Positions 38,369-47,791 of a stretch of 64,000 nt of DNA are shown here, in pieces. Location of the stretch: NCBI GenBank assembly GCA_965203175.1, contig OZ241867.1:2848001-2912000 (forward strand). Reading direction: 5' to 3'. Below the pieces are notes generated by a model, which was not told the DNA's origin, made no database searches, and was given only the letters and a program-made list of their open reading frames with translations. Origin of the DNA: Candidatus Latescibacterota bacterium (lineage in GTDB: Bacteria; Latescibacterota; UBA2968; UBA8231). Every line of letters begins with the position of its first letter. Position 1 is the stretch's first letter. A program made the position numbers and the translations under genes.

Positions 38369-40111
38369 ATGAGTGGTGTCTCTACTGTGCAAGGTTGGAT
38401 CATCAACCGCGGCTGCGATGCGATCTTTTTTATCGGCACGCCCCTTTTGTCGCTGGCCGCATTACTCATTGCTTCACAGTACTTCAGTTCGGCCGACATT
38501 GCTTGGTTCGTGTTGGCATTCTTTGCGGTAGGCCATCACTTACCCGGCTTCATGCGTGCCTACGGCGAAAGAGAGCTTTTCGACCGCCACAAGGCGACCT
38601 TCCTCGTCTCGCCGCTGGTGGTAACCGCCTTCGTGGCTTGGAGTGTGTTCAACGGCCATCTGGGTTTTTTCATCTTCTTGGCTCTGTGGGATCTGTGGCA
38701 TTTCTTCATGCAGCACTACGGCTTCATGAGGATCTACGATGTTAAACGCCGCAAGCCCTCCCACCTCAGTTCGCGGCTGGACTGGTGGCTGACGGCCGTT
38801 TGGTTCGGCTATATCATCATCGACAGCCCCCATTACTTGATCAATTTTCTCGAGCGCTGCCACCGCTATGGCTTCGGCCTGTACACCTGGATCACACCGG
38901 AGTTTCTCTTAGAGTTTAGAGAGTGGGTTTTCTATCTGGCTGTTGGAATAGCCGTTCTCTACGTGGTAAACATGGTCGTCGAGCGGGCGCGGGGTATACC
39001 AGTGGTTTGGCCGAAGCTGGCAATTTCGCTGACGACCTTTGCCACTGTTTATTACGCCTATATCGTCCTCGAAGATATCATCCTCGGCTACGCGATTACG
39101 GCCTTGGCCCACGACATTCAGTACTTTGCCATCGTCTGGATTTACAACCACGGGGTGCTCAAGCGCTCGCGGGAGTTGGGCGCATCCTTCTTCCGCTTCC
39201 TGTTCTCCGACGGCCGCTTCCGCATCGTGTTGTTCTACGTGATTCTGATCTTGGCCTATGGCGGAATTGAGGCCTTGGCCCGAGCGACGGACAACTACCT
39301 GATGTACGATGTGGCTAAGGTTATCATCGCCGCTTCGGCTTTTTTGCACTATTACTACGACGGTTTTATGTGGAAGGTGCGCAAAAAAGAGATCCGCCAG
39401 AATTTGGTCGACGGAGACGAGGGCGAAGCGGTCGCAGGCGACCGCAAGGGGCTGCGCGAAAGGCTACAGGAAAGCGTCGGGCGCTGGGTGGGGTTGCGCT
39501 ATGCATTCGAGACCGGGCGACAAGTGCTCTACTTCGGCGTACCCATTCTCTTTTTGGCTTGGAGCGATGCCACCTATTCGGTGTCCGATCTGGAAATGGG
39601 AGAATACATGGCGCGGATAACGCCGAATGTGGGCAAAACTCACGATGACTTGGGCAGGGCCTACGTGAAGCAAGGCCAGTACGAGCGCGCGATAGAAGAG
39701 CACCAAAAAGCGGTGGACCTGGATCCTGAATTTGCACCGGCCTATACTCATCTCGGCATTGCCTATTCGCTATCTGGCGACCCGAATCGAGCCATAGAGC
39801 TCCACCGCAAGGCCATCGACTTGGACCCAGAAATGGCCCAGGCTCATTACAATCTAGGCGTAGATTATTGGAAAATGGGCAAGCTAGTCGAGGCGGAGCG
39901 GGCTTTCAAGCGGTCAATTGAGGAGGATAGCCAGTATATTCGCGCACATCAGGCATTATCTCAAGTGTATAAAAAGCAGGGGAATAGAGCAGAGTATGTC
40001 AGAGTTTCCGCTCTAGTCCGCGACCTAGAAAAGGCCGCTCAACGCAGAGAGTTGAGCCGAAACGCTATGCCATGGGCTACGGGCACTGCACTGGCCGAGG
40101 ACACGCGCTGA
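38369..40111 (+). CDS. His-motif polytopic membrane protein with C-terminal TPR repeats
   Basis: About 8-9 hydrophobic segments with GHH, WHFFMQHYG, HDIQY and LHYYYDG. TPR consensus 'AYTHLGIAY...AIELHRKAIDLDP.MAQAHYNLG'. Confidence 0.8.
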   Translation: MSGVSTVQGWIINRGCDAIFFIGTPLLSLAALLIASQYFSSADIAWFVLAFFAVGHHLPGFMRAYGERELFDRHKATFLVSPLVVTAFVAWSVFNGHLGFFIFLALWDLWHFFMQHYGFMRIYDVKRRKPSHLSSRLDWWLTAVWFGYIIIDSPHYLINFLERCHRYGFGLYTWITPEFLLEFREWVFYLAVGIAVLYVVNMVVERARGIPVVWPKLAISLTTFATVYYAYIVLEDIILGYAITALAHDIQYFAIVWIYNHGVLKRSRELGASFFRFLFSDGRFRIVLFYVILILAYGGIEALARATDNYLMYDVAKVIIAASAFLHYYYDGFMWKVRKKEIRQNLVDGDEGEAVAGDRKGLRERLQESVGRWVGLRYAFETGRQVLYFGVPILFLAWSDATYSVSDLEMGEYMARITPNVGKTHDDLGRAYVKQGQYERAIEEHQKAVDLDPEFAPAYTHLGIAYSLSGDPNRAIELHRKAIDLDPEMAQAHYNLGVDYWKMGKLVEAERAFKRSIEEDSQYIRAHQALSQVYKKQGNRAEYVRVSALVRDLEKAAQRRELSRNAMPWATGTALAEDTR

Positions 40112-40119
40112 GAAAATCA

Positions 40120-40268
40120 TTGACAAATTATCTAATCCTTTTTTTGTTAGTTGGCGGTTTTACACAGGGAGTGTTCGGCGGAAATGCTCTCAAGCTAAAG
40201 GCGGTCGCCAACAACACTAGGTGGTGACGCCGCTTTTTATTTTCAACCTTACATAGGAGGTTTCAGCA
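40120..40268 (+). promoter_or_regulatory. Promoter and structured leader of 40269-41195
   Basis: Perfect TTGACA at 40120-25 (-10 box not clear), an imperfect hairpin 40201-40233 followed by a T-tract, and AGGAGG RBS at 40255-60. Confidence 0.55.
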
Positions 40269-41195
40269 ATGAAAAAATTGTTAGCTTTCGCCGCTACGGC
40301 GTTGATGCTGACTAGCACGGCTAGCCTCGCCCACTTTCCAGAAGGCCAGATTTTCGGGGCGTGGCAGTGGCCGTCGACTCACCTTCCCAACTTGGATGGC
40401 GACATCTCCGAGTGGAATGTGCTGCCGGCGGAGTTGTGGATCGACATCTTCCAGACGGAAGTCGCCGAGGGCGATATCGGTCGCGAGATCGATACTGCCA
40501 ACCTCAACTTCCGCGTTGCCGTTGGTTGGAACGACGAGTTGGATCGCGTCTATTATGTCTATGATCGCTTCGATGACATTTGGGATCGCGATGCTGGCGG
40601 CTTCGGCTGCTGCGGTCAGGACGACAGCATTGAGATTTTCCTCGATGCTGACCACAGCGCCGACCGCTTCGCCTTCTGGTCGGGTGACTACGAAGACGCA
40701 GAGGAACGGGCCCGCAACAACGGCCGCACCAACCAGACGGGTCACTACCGCTGGCCGGCTCTCGAGCCTTTTGGCTTCTACTGGTTCTGGCTGAGCAGCT
40801 CGACTTGGCACGACAAAGAGCCTTATTCGTGCTGCCCGACTTCCTTCAACCTCGACGGTGCTCACGGCACCGAGGCGAACTTCCAAGCCGAGTGGTACAC
40901 GGTTGGTTGGGATGATTTCGATCACAACAGCCCCGAAAACAGCATCCTCCACGACTTTGTCGAGGGTGAGATTATCGGCGTTGGTATCCAAGTCGTCGAT
41001 AACGACAACGGCCCGAGTTCGGACGATCCTCGCACTGCCAAGTGGGCGCTGGGCGGCCAGCCCTGCATCAACGGCGACGGTGCCTGCGGCAGCGACTACA
41101 TTCTGCTGCCGGTCATGGCCGAGTTGCTGCCGGAGCAGACGACGTCTGTCGAGGGCAATAGCTGGGGCCACATCAAGGCTTCGTTCGGCCAATAG
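40269..41195 (+). CDS. Secreted CBM9/DOMON-like protein with a C-terminal 'TSVE.xSWGxIK' tail
   Basis: Signal peptide MKKLLAFAATALML, 'PNLDGDISEW', 'VGWN..LDRVY', 'DDSIEIFLDADHS' and 'GEIIGVGIQVVDND'. Ends TTSVEGNSWGHIKASFGQ. Confidence 0.75.
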   Translation: MKKLLAFAATALMLTSTASLAHFPEGQIFGAWQWPSTHLPNLDGDISEWNVLPAELWIDIFQTEVAEGDIGREIDTANLNFRVAVGWNDELDRVYYVYDRFDDIWDRDAGGFGCCGQDDSIEIFLDADHSADRFAFWSGDYEDAEERARNNGRTNQTGHYRWPALEPFGFYWFWLSSSTWHDKEPYSCCPTSFNLDGAHGTEANFQAEWYTVGWDDFDHNSPENSILHDFVEGEIIGVGIQVVDNDNGPSSDDPRTAKWALGGQPCINGDGACGSDYILLPVMAELLPEQTTSVEGNSWGHIKASFGQ

Positions 41196-41231
41196 GCGCG
41201 AACAGCTAGTAGTTTTTAAGTACCAATTGAG

Positions 41232-41270
41232 GAGGGAGGGTAGAGTTGCTCTACTCTCCCTCTTTGTATT
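41232..41270 (+). terminator. Rho-independent terminator
   Basis: GAGGGAGGGTAGAG-ttg-CTCTACTCTCCCTC stem (14 bp, one G-U) followed by TTTGTATT. Confidence 0.8.
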
Positions 41271-41308
41271 ATGATTCCTACATTCTACAAACCTTGGGGA
41301 TCGCGAGC

Positions 41309-43234
41309 ATGAAGAGGGGCTTATGGTTCTTGGCGCTTTGGGCGGTGGTAGGATGGAGTGGAGGCAGTGGTGCGCTGACCATTTACCGCATCGGCGCAGC
41401 GGATTTGCCTGCGCCCGAGTTGGACGTACCCTATCAATTTGTCCAGCTCGAGTGGAAGGCCATAAATGCTAAAGCGCACGGTAGCGCGGTGCAAATGGCG
41501 CTCGCCCCCGATGGGATCATCCCGCAGCAGCTAGACCCAGCAGTCAATCTGACGCCCCTTTTGAACGAACGCGGCGGCCGGATTGAGACCTTGCAGACAA
41601 TCGTCGGGTTCGCCGACTTCCCGGCCCGCGATGCACCGATGTTCGACGGCGACCCAACGACGCACTTTCTCGGCGATGGCGATTGGGGCGGAGACTACGG
41701 CCGGGTCAAAAACAAACTCCTGATCTTCGACTTGGGCGGCAACTTCATCGTCGATCGCATCAAGTTTTACCCCCGTGAACGCTTTCTCGACACTCGCTTC
41801 ATCGAGCGCTTCGTCATCGGCACCAGCGACGGCGATCCGCTCAAGAGGAATACGCGCGAGTACGTCGTCGGCGGCGAGGGTGGCCAGTTTCGCGATTACG
41901 ACTTGGTGTACAACATCACCGAAAACACGCAGTCGGTGATCGAACTGAGCATCCCGGATGTGCCTATCCGCCAACTCATGTTTGAAGCGCCGCCCAACAC
42001 CCGCGGCGTTTGGGAAATCGCCGAGTTTGAACTCTACGGTATCGGTTTCGCGCCCGCGAGCCAGTACACAACCAACGTCATCGACTTAGGCGGTATGGCG
42101 AGTTTGGGAGACCTAACGTGGTCGGGGGAGGCTGAGGGAGGAGCAGAGGTGGCGATAGCGATGCGCAGCGGCGATGACGACGATCCCCATTCCTATTGGC
42201 GCCTGACCTTTCGCGGTGACGAGCGCAGTCGCTTTGGTGCCGATGGCACCGCCCTGACGCTCAGCACGTACAAGCGATTGGAAAAAGGCGAAAAGGCCGG
42301 GATCACGCCTGACACCGAAAACTGGTCCGACTGGAGCCCGCCATACAACTTCGCCGCCGGAGGGGACGTGCTGCTCGCGGATAGACCGCGTCGTTACGTG
42401 CAGCTCAAGGCCGATTTCACTTCGCAAAAAGAAGCTGGTGGGCGCTTAGACTTTTTGCAGTTCAGCGTCTCGAACCCGCCGGTGGCGACGCAAGCCTTGG
42501 CCGAGCTCGCGCCGGCGAGCGCTCGCGCCGGCGAGGTGACGTCTTTTACGTATGCGATTCTGCCCCAACTGCGCGACGAGGATTTGGGGTTTGATACTAT
42601 TGAGATTGAGACCCCAGTCGAGGTTGCAAGCCTCGACGCGCTGCGGATCGATGGTCAAGAGGTCGGCTTTGACATTGTGCGCTCGGACGCGCGAGGATTC
42701 GCGTTGCGGATCCCGCGCATGGACCCGCAACAGACGGGCGAACTAATTGAGATTGACTTTGCGGTGGAAGTGTTCAAGTTCGGGACGGTGTTCACCGGGA
42801 GGATCTCCGACAGCGAGAAGCCCTTTGAGGTGCGGCAGGCTCTGACCGCTGGCAACGCCGATCCACTGGTGGATAGCAATACCCTGAGCGTGGGACTGGT
42901 AAACGTAGAGGAGAAGGCGGTCAACGCGCTCAAGCTGTCCTCGCCGGTGTTTACACCCAACGGCGACGGCATCAACGACGTTCTCGAGATTGAATACGAG
43001 TTGTTAAATCTCTTCGGCGCAGTGCCGGTGGAGCTGGAGCTATACGATCTATCGGGACGGCGGGTGGGGATGGTGCATCGGGGAACGGCGGCGAGCGGCC
43101 GATTCGCGCTGGCGTGGAACGGAGTGCTAGCGAATGGAACCGTGACAGTGCCGGGGCTGTATCTACTGCGATTAGAAGTTGACAGCGACCACGGTAAGGA
43201 AGCGCGTCAGCGCGTCATTGCCCTGGCCTATTGA
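41309..43234 (+). CDS. Type-A array protein A1 (secreted; discoidin-like domain, Ig-like domain, FlgD/CHU_C-like CTD)
   Basis: Signal peptide, then ALTIYRIG, 'IFDLGG.F..DRIKFYPR', 'WEIAEFELYG.GF' and 'FTPNGDGIND'. Ends IALAY. ATG 41309 (the TTG at 41246 lies inside the terminator). Confidence 0.85.
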   Translation: MKRGLWFLALWAVVGWSGGSGALTIYRIGAADLPAPELDVPYQFVQLEWKAINAKAHGSAVQMALAPDGIIPQQLDPAVNLTPLLNERGGRIETLQTIVGFADFPARDAPMFDGDPTTHFLGDGDWGGDYGRVKNKLLIFDLGGNFIVDRIKFYPRERFLDTRFIERFVIGTSDGDPLKRNTREYVVGGEGGQFRDYDLVYNITENTQSVIELSIPDVPIRQLMFEAPPNTRGVWEIAEFELYGIGFAPASQYTTNVIDLGGMASLGDLTWSGEAEGGAEVAIAMRSGDDDDPHSYWRLTFRGDERSRFGADGTALTLSTYKRLEKGEKAGITPDTENWSDWSPPYNFAAGGDVLLADRPRRYVQLKADFTSQKEAGGRLDFLQFSVSNPPVATQALAELAPASARAGEVTSFTYAILPQLRDEDLGFDTIEIETPVEVASLDALRIDGQEVGFDIVRSDARGFALRIPRMDPQQTGELIEIDFAVEVFKFGTVFTGRISDSEKPFEVRQALTAGNADPLVDSNTLSVGLVNVEEKAVNALKLSSPVFTPNGDGINDVLEIEYELLNLFGAVPVELELYDLSGRRVGMVHRGTAASGRFALAWNGVLANGTVTVPGLYLLRLEVDSDHGKEARQRVIALAY

Positions 43235-43236
43235 GG

Positions 43237-45177
43237 ATGAGAATGAGCCAGCTGAGGTACATAGTCGCATTGTGGACGGTGGGGTCGCTGGCGGTCGGAG
43301 CAGGCGATCTTAGTGCTCTAACGATATACCGAATCGGGGGTGTCGACCAACCCGCGCCGGAGTTGGCATCAGTTGAAGGGGTGGAGTTCGTGCAGATCGA
43401 TTGGGCCGATATCGACGAGGATTTGCACGGTAGTATCAACTTGCTAGAGGTGACTAGCAGTCACATCGAGCCGCGGCAACTCGACTCCACGGTCAATCTG
43501 ACACCGCTTTTGCCGCAGGCCGATTCTCTTGGTGATATCTTCTACCTGACTTGGATTGGCTGGGGGGGATTCAACGACGACGATGAGCTTATCTGGGACG
43601 AGGATCCCAATACGGCCTATCTGGGAGATGGTCGTTTTGCCTCGCATGGACCGAATACTAAAAACCTGATCTTCGATTTTGGCGGGCTGTTCTTTATCGA
43701 CCGGGTCAAGTTCTACCCGCGGCCTAGCTATATGACCGACCGCTTTGTCGAACGCTTCATTATCGGCACTAGCGACGGCGACCCGCTCAAGGACCCCAAT
43801 CGAGACCTTCAGGCCGGGTCGCGGGGCGATTATGTGGCCTTCGATGTGATTTACAATATCCGCGACAATACGCAGCCGATCATTGACTTGAAGATGCCCG
43901 ACGAGCCGATCCGCAAGTTGCTCTTCCGGGCACCGGAGAATACGCGGGGAATTTGGGAATTGGCCGAGTTGGAACTCTACGGTTCGGGTTTTGCGCCCTT
44001 CTCCAATTATACCAGTAGCATTATCGATTTGGGCAAGCCGGTGGCCTTGGGCGATTTGAGCTGGTCGGGCGAAGTCGATGCTGGTGCTCAGATCGACTTA
44101 GTGATGCGCAGCGGCGATGTGCCAGACCCGAGCATCTATTGGCGCTTCACCTTCCGCGGTGACGAGCAGAGTCGCTTTGACGCCAAGGGTCAGCCGCTTA
44201 CGGCGCGAGCCTACGATAGGCTCAATAAAGGCGAGAAGGCTGGGATCACGCCCGATACCCAGAACTGGGAGCTGTGGAGTCAGGCCTATGATTTTGTGGC
44301 CGGTTCGGGGGCGATGCAAGCTGACAGACCGCGGCGCTACGTACAGCTCAAAGCCGATATTACCGCGCGAAAGGACGCTGGCGGACGGCTGGACTTTTTA
44401 CAGTTTAGCGTCTCGGATCCGCCCGTGGCAACGCAAGTGTTAGCCGAGATTACGCCGCCGAGCGCCCAAGCTGGGGACGTCACCCAGTTTACCTATAGTA
44501 TTCTGCCGCAATTCGAGCGCGAAGATTTGGGATTTGACACCATCGAGATTGAGACGCCGGTCGAAGTGACCAGCATCGACGGCGTGCGAATCGCCGGCCA
44601 GGAAGTCGGTTTTGAGGTCGTGCGCTCGGACGCCGCTGGCTTTGCCCTCAAAATCCCAAGAATGGACGTGCAGCAAACCAGTGAACGGATCGAGGTGGAT
44701 TTCGCCGTGGAGGTGTTCAAGTTTGGGACGGTGTTCGCCGGCCGGATCTCCGATAGCGAAAAGCCCTTTGAGGTGCGGCAGGCATTAACCCCAGGCGATG
44801 CCAATCCGCTGACCGATAGCAATACCCTGAGCGTGGAGTTAGCCGAGGTAGGGGAGAAAGCGGTCAACGCGCTCAAGCTATCCTCATCGGTGTTTACGCC
44901 CAACGGCGATGGCATCAACGACGTCCTTGAGATTGAATACGAGTTGTTGAACCTTTTTGGTGCAGTGCCAGTGATGCTGGACTTATACGACTTGTCGGGG
45001 CGGTGGATCGGGGCGGTGGATCGAGGCACCGCGGCGAGCGGTCGGATTGCCCTGCACTGGGACGGGAGGTTAGCGGATGGGTCAGTGGCTGCACCGGGAT
45101 TGTATCTGCTACGGCTGAAAGTAGAAAGCGACCAACGCAAAGAAGCACGCCAGCGCGTTGTCGTTTTAGCCTACTGA
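43237..45177 (+). CDS. Type-A array protein A2
   Basis: Collinear with A1. ATG 43237 or 43243. Ends VVLAY. Confidence 0.85.
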   Translation: MRMSQLRYIVALWTVGSLAVGAGDLSALTIYRIGGVDQPAPELASVEGVEFVQIDWADIDEDLHGSINLLEVTSSHIEPRQLDSTVNLTPLLPQADSLGDIFYLTWIGWGGFNDDDELIWDEDPNTAYLGDGRFASHGPNTKNLIFDFGGLFFIDRVKFYPRPSYMTDRFVERFIIGTSDGDPLKDPNRDLQAGSRGDYVAFDVIYNIRDNTQPIIDLKMPDEPIRKLLFRAPENTRGIWELAELELYGSGFAPFSNYTSSIIDLGKPVALGDLSWSGEVDAGAQIDLVMRSGDVPDPSIYWRFTFRGDEQSRFDAKGQPLTARAYDRLNKGEKAGITPDTQNWELWSQAYDFVAGSGAMQADRPRRYVQLKADITARKDAGGRLDFLQFSVSDPPVATQVLAEITPPSAQAGDVTQFTYSILPQFEREDLGFDTIEIETPVEVTSIDGVRIAGQEVGFEVVRSDAAGFALKIPRMDVQQTSERIEVDFAVEVFKFGTVFAGRISDSEKPFEVRQALTPGDANPLTDSNTLSVELAEVGEKAVNALKLSSSVFTPNGDGINDVLEIEYELLNLFGAVPVMLDLYDLSGRWIGAVDRGTAASGRIALHWDGRLADGSVAAPGLYLLRLKVESDQRKEARQRVVVLAY

Positions 45178-45180
45178 AAG

Positions 45181-47781
45181 ATGGGTATGCAGCGTATCAG
45201 CGTCGTATTAGTGCTTGGTTGGGCCGTGAGCGTCTCGGCCCAAGTCGGGCATCGGGTGACGGCGAGTCAGGTAGTAGTCAACAGCCGCGCCCACTGGCAG
45301 AACTGGAGTTTCCCACCGGGGGTGCTGGAACTAGGTGCCGACGGCTCAGTGCGGCCTCAGCACGTCCGCCGCGACATCAATGCGGTGCAAGATATCGTCG
45401 ATTACTTGCGCTTGCGCCCCCCGGAAAGAATCAAAAAAGACCCCGAAGACATTGTTCCACTCGATGCGGTACAGGGCGGGGCCACGGCAAATATCGCCGC
45501 GGTGCCCAACATTTTTGATGGAGATTTGACGACCTACTGGGAACCACTTGCGGCGAGCGAGGAGTCCGACCTCGCTTCGCAGTGGTGGTTCGTCGTTGAC
45601 TTGGGCCGGTTGGTGATCACTAAGAAGATCGTGCTCAAATTCGTCGCCGAGGATTTGGGAGACCCGTTCTTGCAGTTCGATGTGCTGGCCTCACAGGGCA
45701 ACAAGCCCAAGGGCAACCAGCGCTCGCCGCTGCCAGAGTTCAGCACTCTATTGCGCACCTTGCGGCCCAACAAGGAACAGCGCGTCTTCGAGATCGACAT
45801 GGACCAGTTGGGAGATGATTTTGTCGGCGCTGGTCTTCGCTTTGTGCAGATCGTGGTGACCGGCAGCGATTTCGACCGCGGCCGGGAGCTAAGCCAAGCC
45901 GAGTACGAGGCCCTGCCGGTAGGAGAGCAAGGGGCGATCGACTACTTCAAAAAACTCGCTGGGGGCCGCGAAACCTTAGTGGAGCAGAAGGTTTTTGAGC
46001 GTCTCGACGCCGACCGCCAAGGCGCGATCCGCTACTATCGCAAGGAGCGTCCGCGGCTGGCGGAGTTGGAGGTTCTGGCCGAGGGAGACGAGATCCTTTC
46101 CGAGATGCTGGAGCGCGGTGGTTCCGGCACGGCGACGCAGACGGCCTCAATCAGCAACATGATCGACGGAGAAATCGAAAGCAGGGTCCAATTTATCACC
46201 CGCTTTGGCCGGGGATCACTGAATTCCCCGGAGGGTGGGGTCTTGTTCGATTTGGGGGCCTTCTACTGGATCGATGCCTTCCGCATCGCCTACGCTGGCG
46301 CGGCCTTTCAAGCCTACCATCTAGATTTTTCCGACGGCAGCCTCGAAGCCGACGGCAGCCTCAAGTGGTCGGTCGCGGTCAATCGCACGGAAAACAGCGA
46401 CTATGGCAGCAGTCAGGGGTTGGGTTTCGGCCTCTACGAGGGCAACGACTTCGAGCGGATTAAGGCGCGCTTCTTTCACCTCGTCTGGAAGCAGTATGAG
46501 GCGGGCGGCGGCTTTGGCGGTGGTTCTGGTCAGCCAGCCGAGATTCAGCTCTACGGGCGGGGGTATCAGCCAGAAGTGACTTTGACATCCGACTTGGTGC
46601 GCTTGGGCGGCAGCCGCAACCTGTCCTCCATTGAGTGGGACGCTGATACGCCGCCGAGGACCAGCGTCGTGTTGCAAACTCGCACCGGCAACGAACTCGA
46701 CGAAGTGTTGCGCTACTTCAAAAAAGACGGTACTGAAGTCACCGAGGCCGAATACAACAAGCTGCTGTCGATTTTTCGCGGCGACACGGTTGGTGAGGAG
46801 GTCGCCGGTGGGGACTGGAGCGATTGGAGTGCGCCCTACGAAGACGCCAGCGGTAGCCCGATTACCTCACCTAGCCCGCGCGAATTTCTCGAGATCCGCG
46901 CGGTCCTGCTATCGGACGATCCAGAGGTCAGTGCAACGCTGCGCTCGATTCGGCTCAACTTCACCAACCCAGTCGCGCAAGAGCTCATCGGCGAAGTTGT
47001 TCCTTTCGAGGTCGAGAACCTCGGCGAGGAGCAGCGTTTTTCCTTTTACGTGCGCCCGGACTTCGCCCGCAGTGACCCCGGCTTCGATCAGTTGCTTTTG
47101 ATCGCTCCTACTGATATGAACCTGCGCTTCGAGGGTCTTTATGGCGGTACAGCAGCCGAACTAGCAGCCGGGGAGCCGGCTGGGACGGCTCTTGCTGCTG
47201 AGGTCGTGCCTACTTCGGGCGACAGCTTGCAGGTAGCGTTTTCGCCGCTGGGGCCTGACTCGGGGGTTGAGGTGATGCGGTTGGACTTTTCGACCGCGCT
47301 GTTTTCGACCGGAGCAGTGATGCAGGCGTCGTTGCAGAATAGTGCAGAGGGGGAGGGCGGCTGGCAGCGGGTGGATCCAGGAGAGGCCGTCGCGGAGGTG
47401 GTCAGCAATACGACGACGTTAGTGGGCAAAGTCGCGTCCGGATCTTTGGTGCAAGCGGTGTCGGTGGAGCCTGCGGCGTTTACACCTAACGGCGATGGCA
47501 TTAACGACGAGACTTCGTTCCGCTTTGCAGTGGTCAAGGTGGGCGATGACAGTCCGGTGGAGGTGCTCGTCTACGATCTGCAAGGGCGGCTGACAAGGCG
47601 GCTGGTCGAGCAGCGGGCGTTGAGCACGGGATCGTATGGGATCGCTTGGGATGGGCGGGATGAGCAGGGGGCGGTGGTGCCCCCGGGAGTCTATCTGGCG
47701 CGCGTGCGAGTCGATACGGACACCGAGGGTGCCCGCATTGGACGCGACGAAATTTTCCGCACCATCGCCGTTACCTATTAG
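45181..47781 (+). CDS. Type-B array protein B1 (secreted; two discoidin-like domains, Ig-like domain, FlgD/CHU_C-like CTD)
   Basis: Signal peptide, 'FDGDLTTYWEP', 'WWFVVDLGR', 'PRLAELEV', 'FDLGAFYWID', 'EIQLYG.GY', 'WSDWS' and 'FTPNGDGIND'. Ends IAVTY. Confidence 0.85.
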   Translation: MGMQRISVVLVLGWAVSVSAQVGHRVTASQVVVNSRAHWQNWSFPPGVLELGADGSVRPQHVRRDINAVQDIVDYLRLRPPERIKKDPEDIVPLDAVQGGATANIAAVPNIFDGDLTTYWEPLAASEESDLASQWWFVVDLGRLVITKKIVLKFVAEDLGDPFLQFDVLASQGNKPKGNQRSPLPEFSTLLRTLRPNKEQRVFEIDMDQLGDDFVGAGLRFVQIVVTGSDFDRGRELSQAEYEALPVGEQGAIDYFKKLAGGRETLVEQKVFERLDADRQGAIRYYRKERPRLAELEVLAEGDEILSEMLERGGSGTATQTASISNMIDGEIESRVQFITRFGRGSLNSPEGGVLFDLGAFYWIDAFRIAYAGAAFQAYHLDFSDGSLEADGSLKWSVAVNRTENSDYGSSQGLGFGLYEGNDFERIKARFFHLVWKQYEAGGGFGGGSGQPAEIQLYGRGYQPEVTLTSDLVRLGGSRNLSSIEWDADTPPRTSVVLQTRTGNELDEVLRYFKKDGTEVTEAEYNKLLSIFRGDTVGEEVAGGDWSDWSAPYEDASGSPITSPSPREFLEIRAVLLSDDPEVSATLRSIRLNFTNPVAQELIGEVVPFEVENLGEEQRFSFYVRPDFARSDPGFDQLLLIAPTDMNLRFEGLYGGTAAELAAGEPAGTALAAEVVPTSGDSLQVAFSPLGPDSGVEVMRLDFSTALFSTGAVMQASLQNSAEGEGGWQRVDPGEAVAEVVSNTTTLVGKVASGSLVQAVSVEPAAFTPNGDGINDETSFRFAVVKVGDDSPVEVLVYDLQGRLTRRLVEQRALSTGSYGIAWDGRDEQGAVVPPGVYLARVRVDTDTEGARIGRDEIFRTIAVTY

Positions 47782-47791
47782 AGGGGCATTA

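Noticed and set aside
40281-41192. 303-aa antisense ORF covering the CBM9-like gene
   Set aside because: It is an in-register shadow of the strongly codon-biased sense gene, with no recognisable motifs or RBS.
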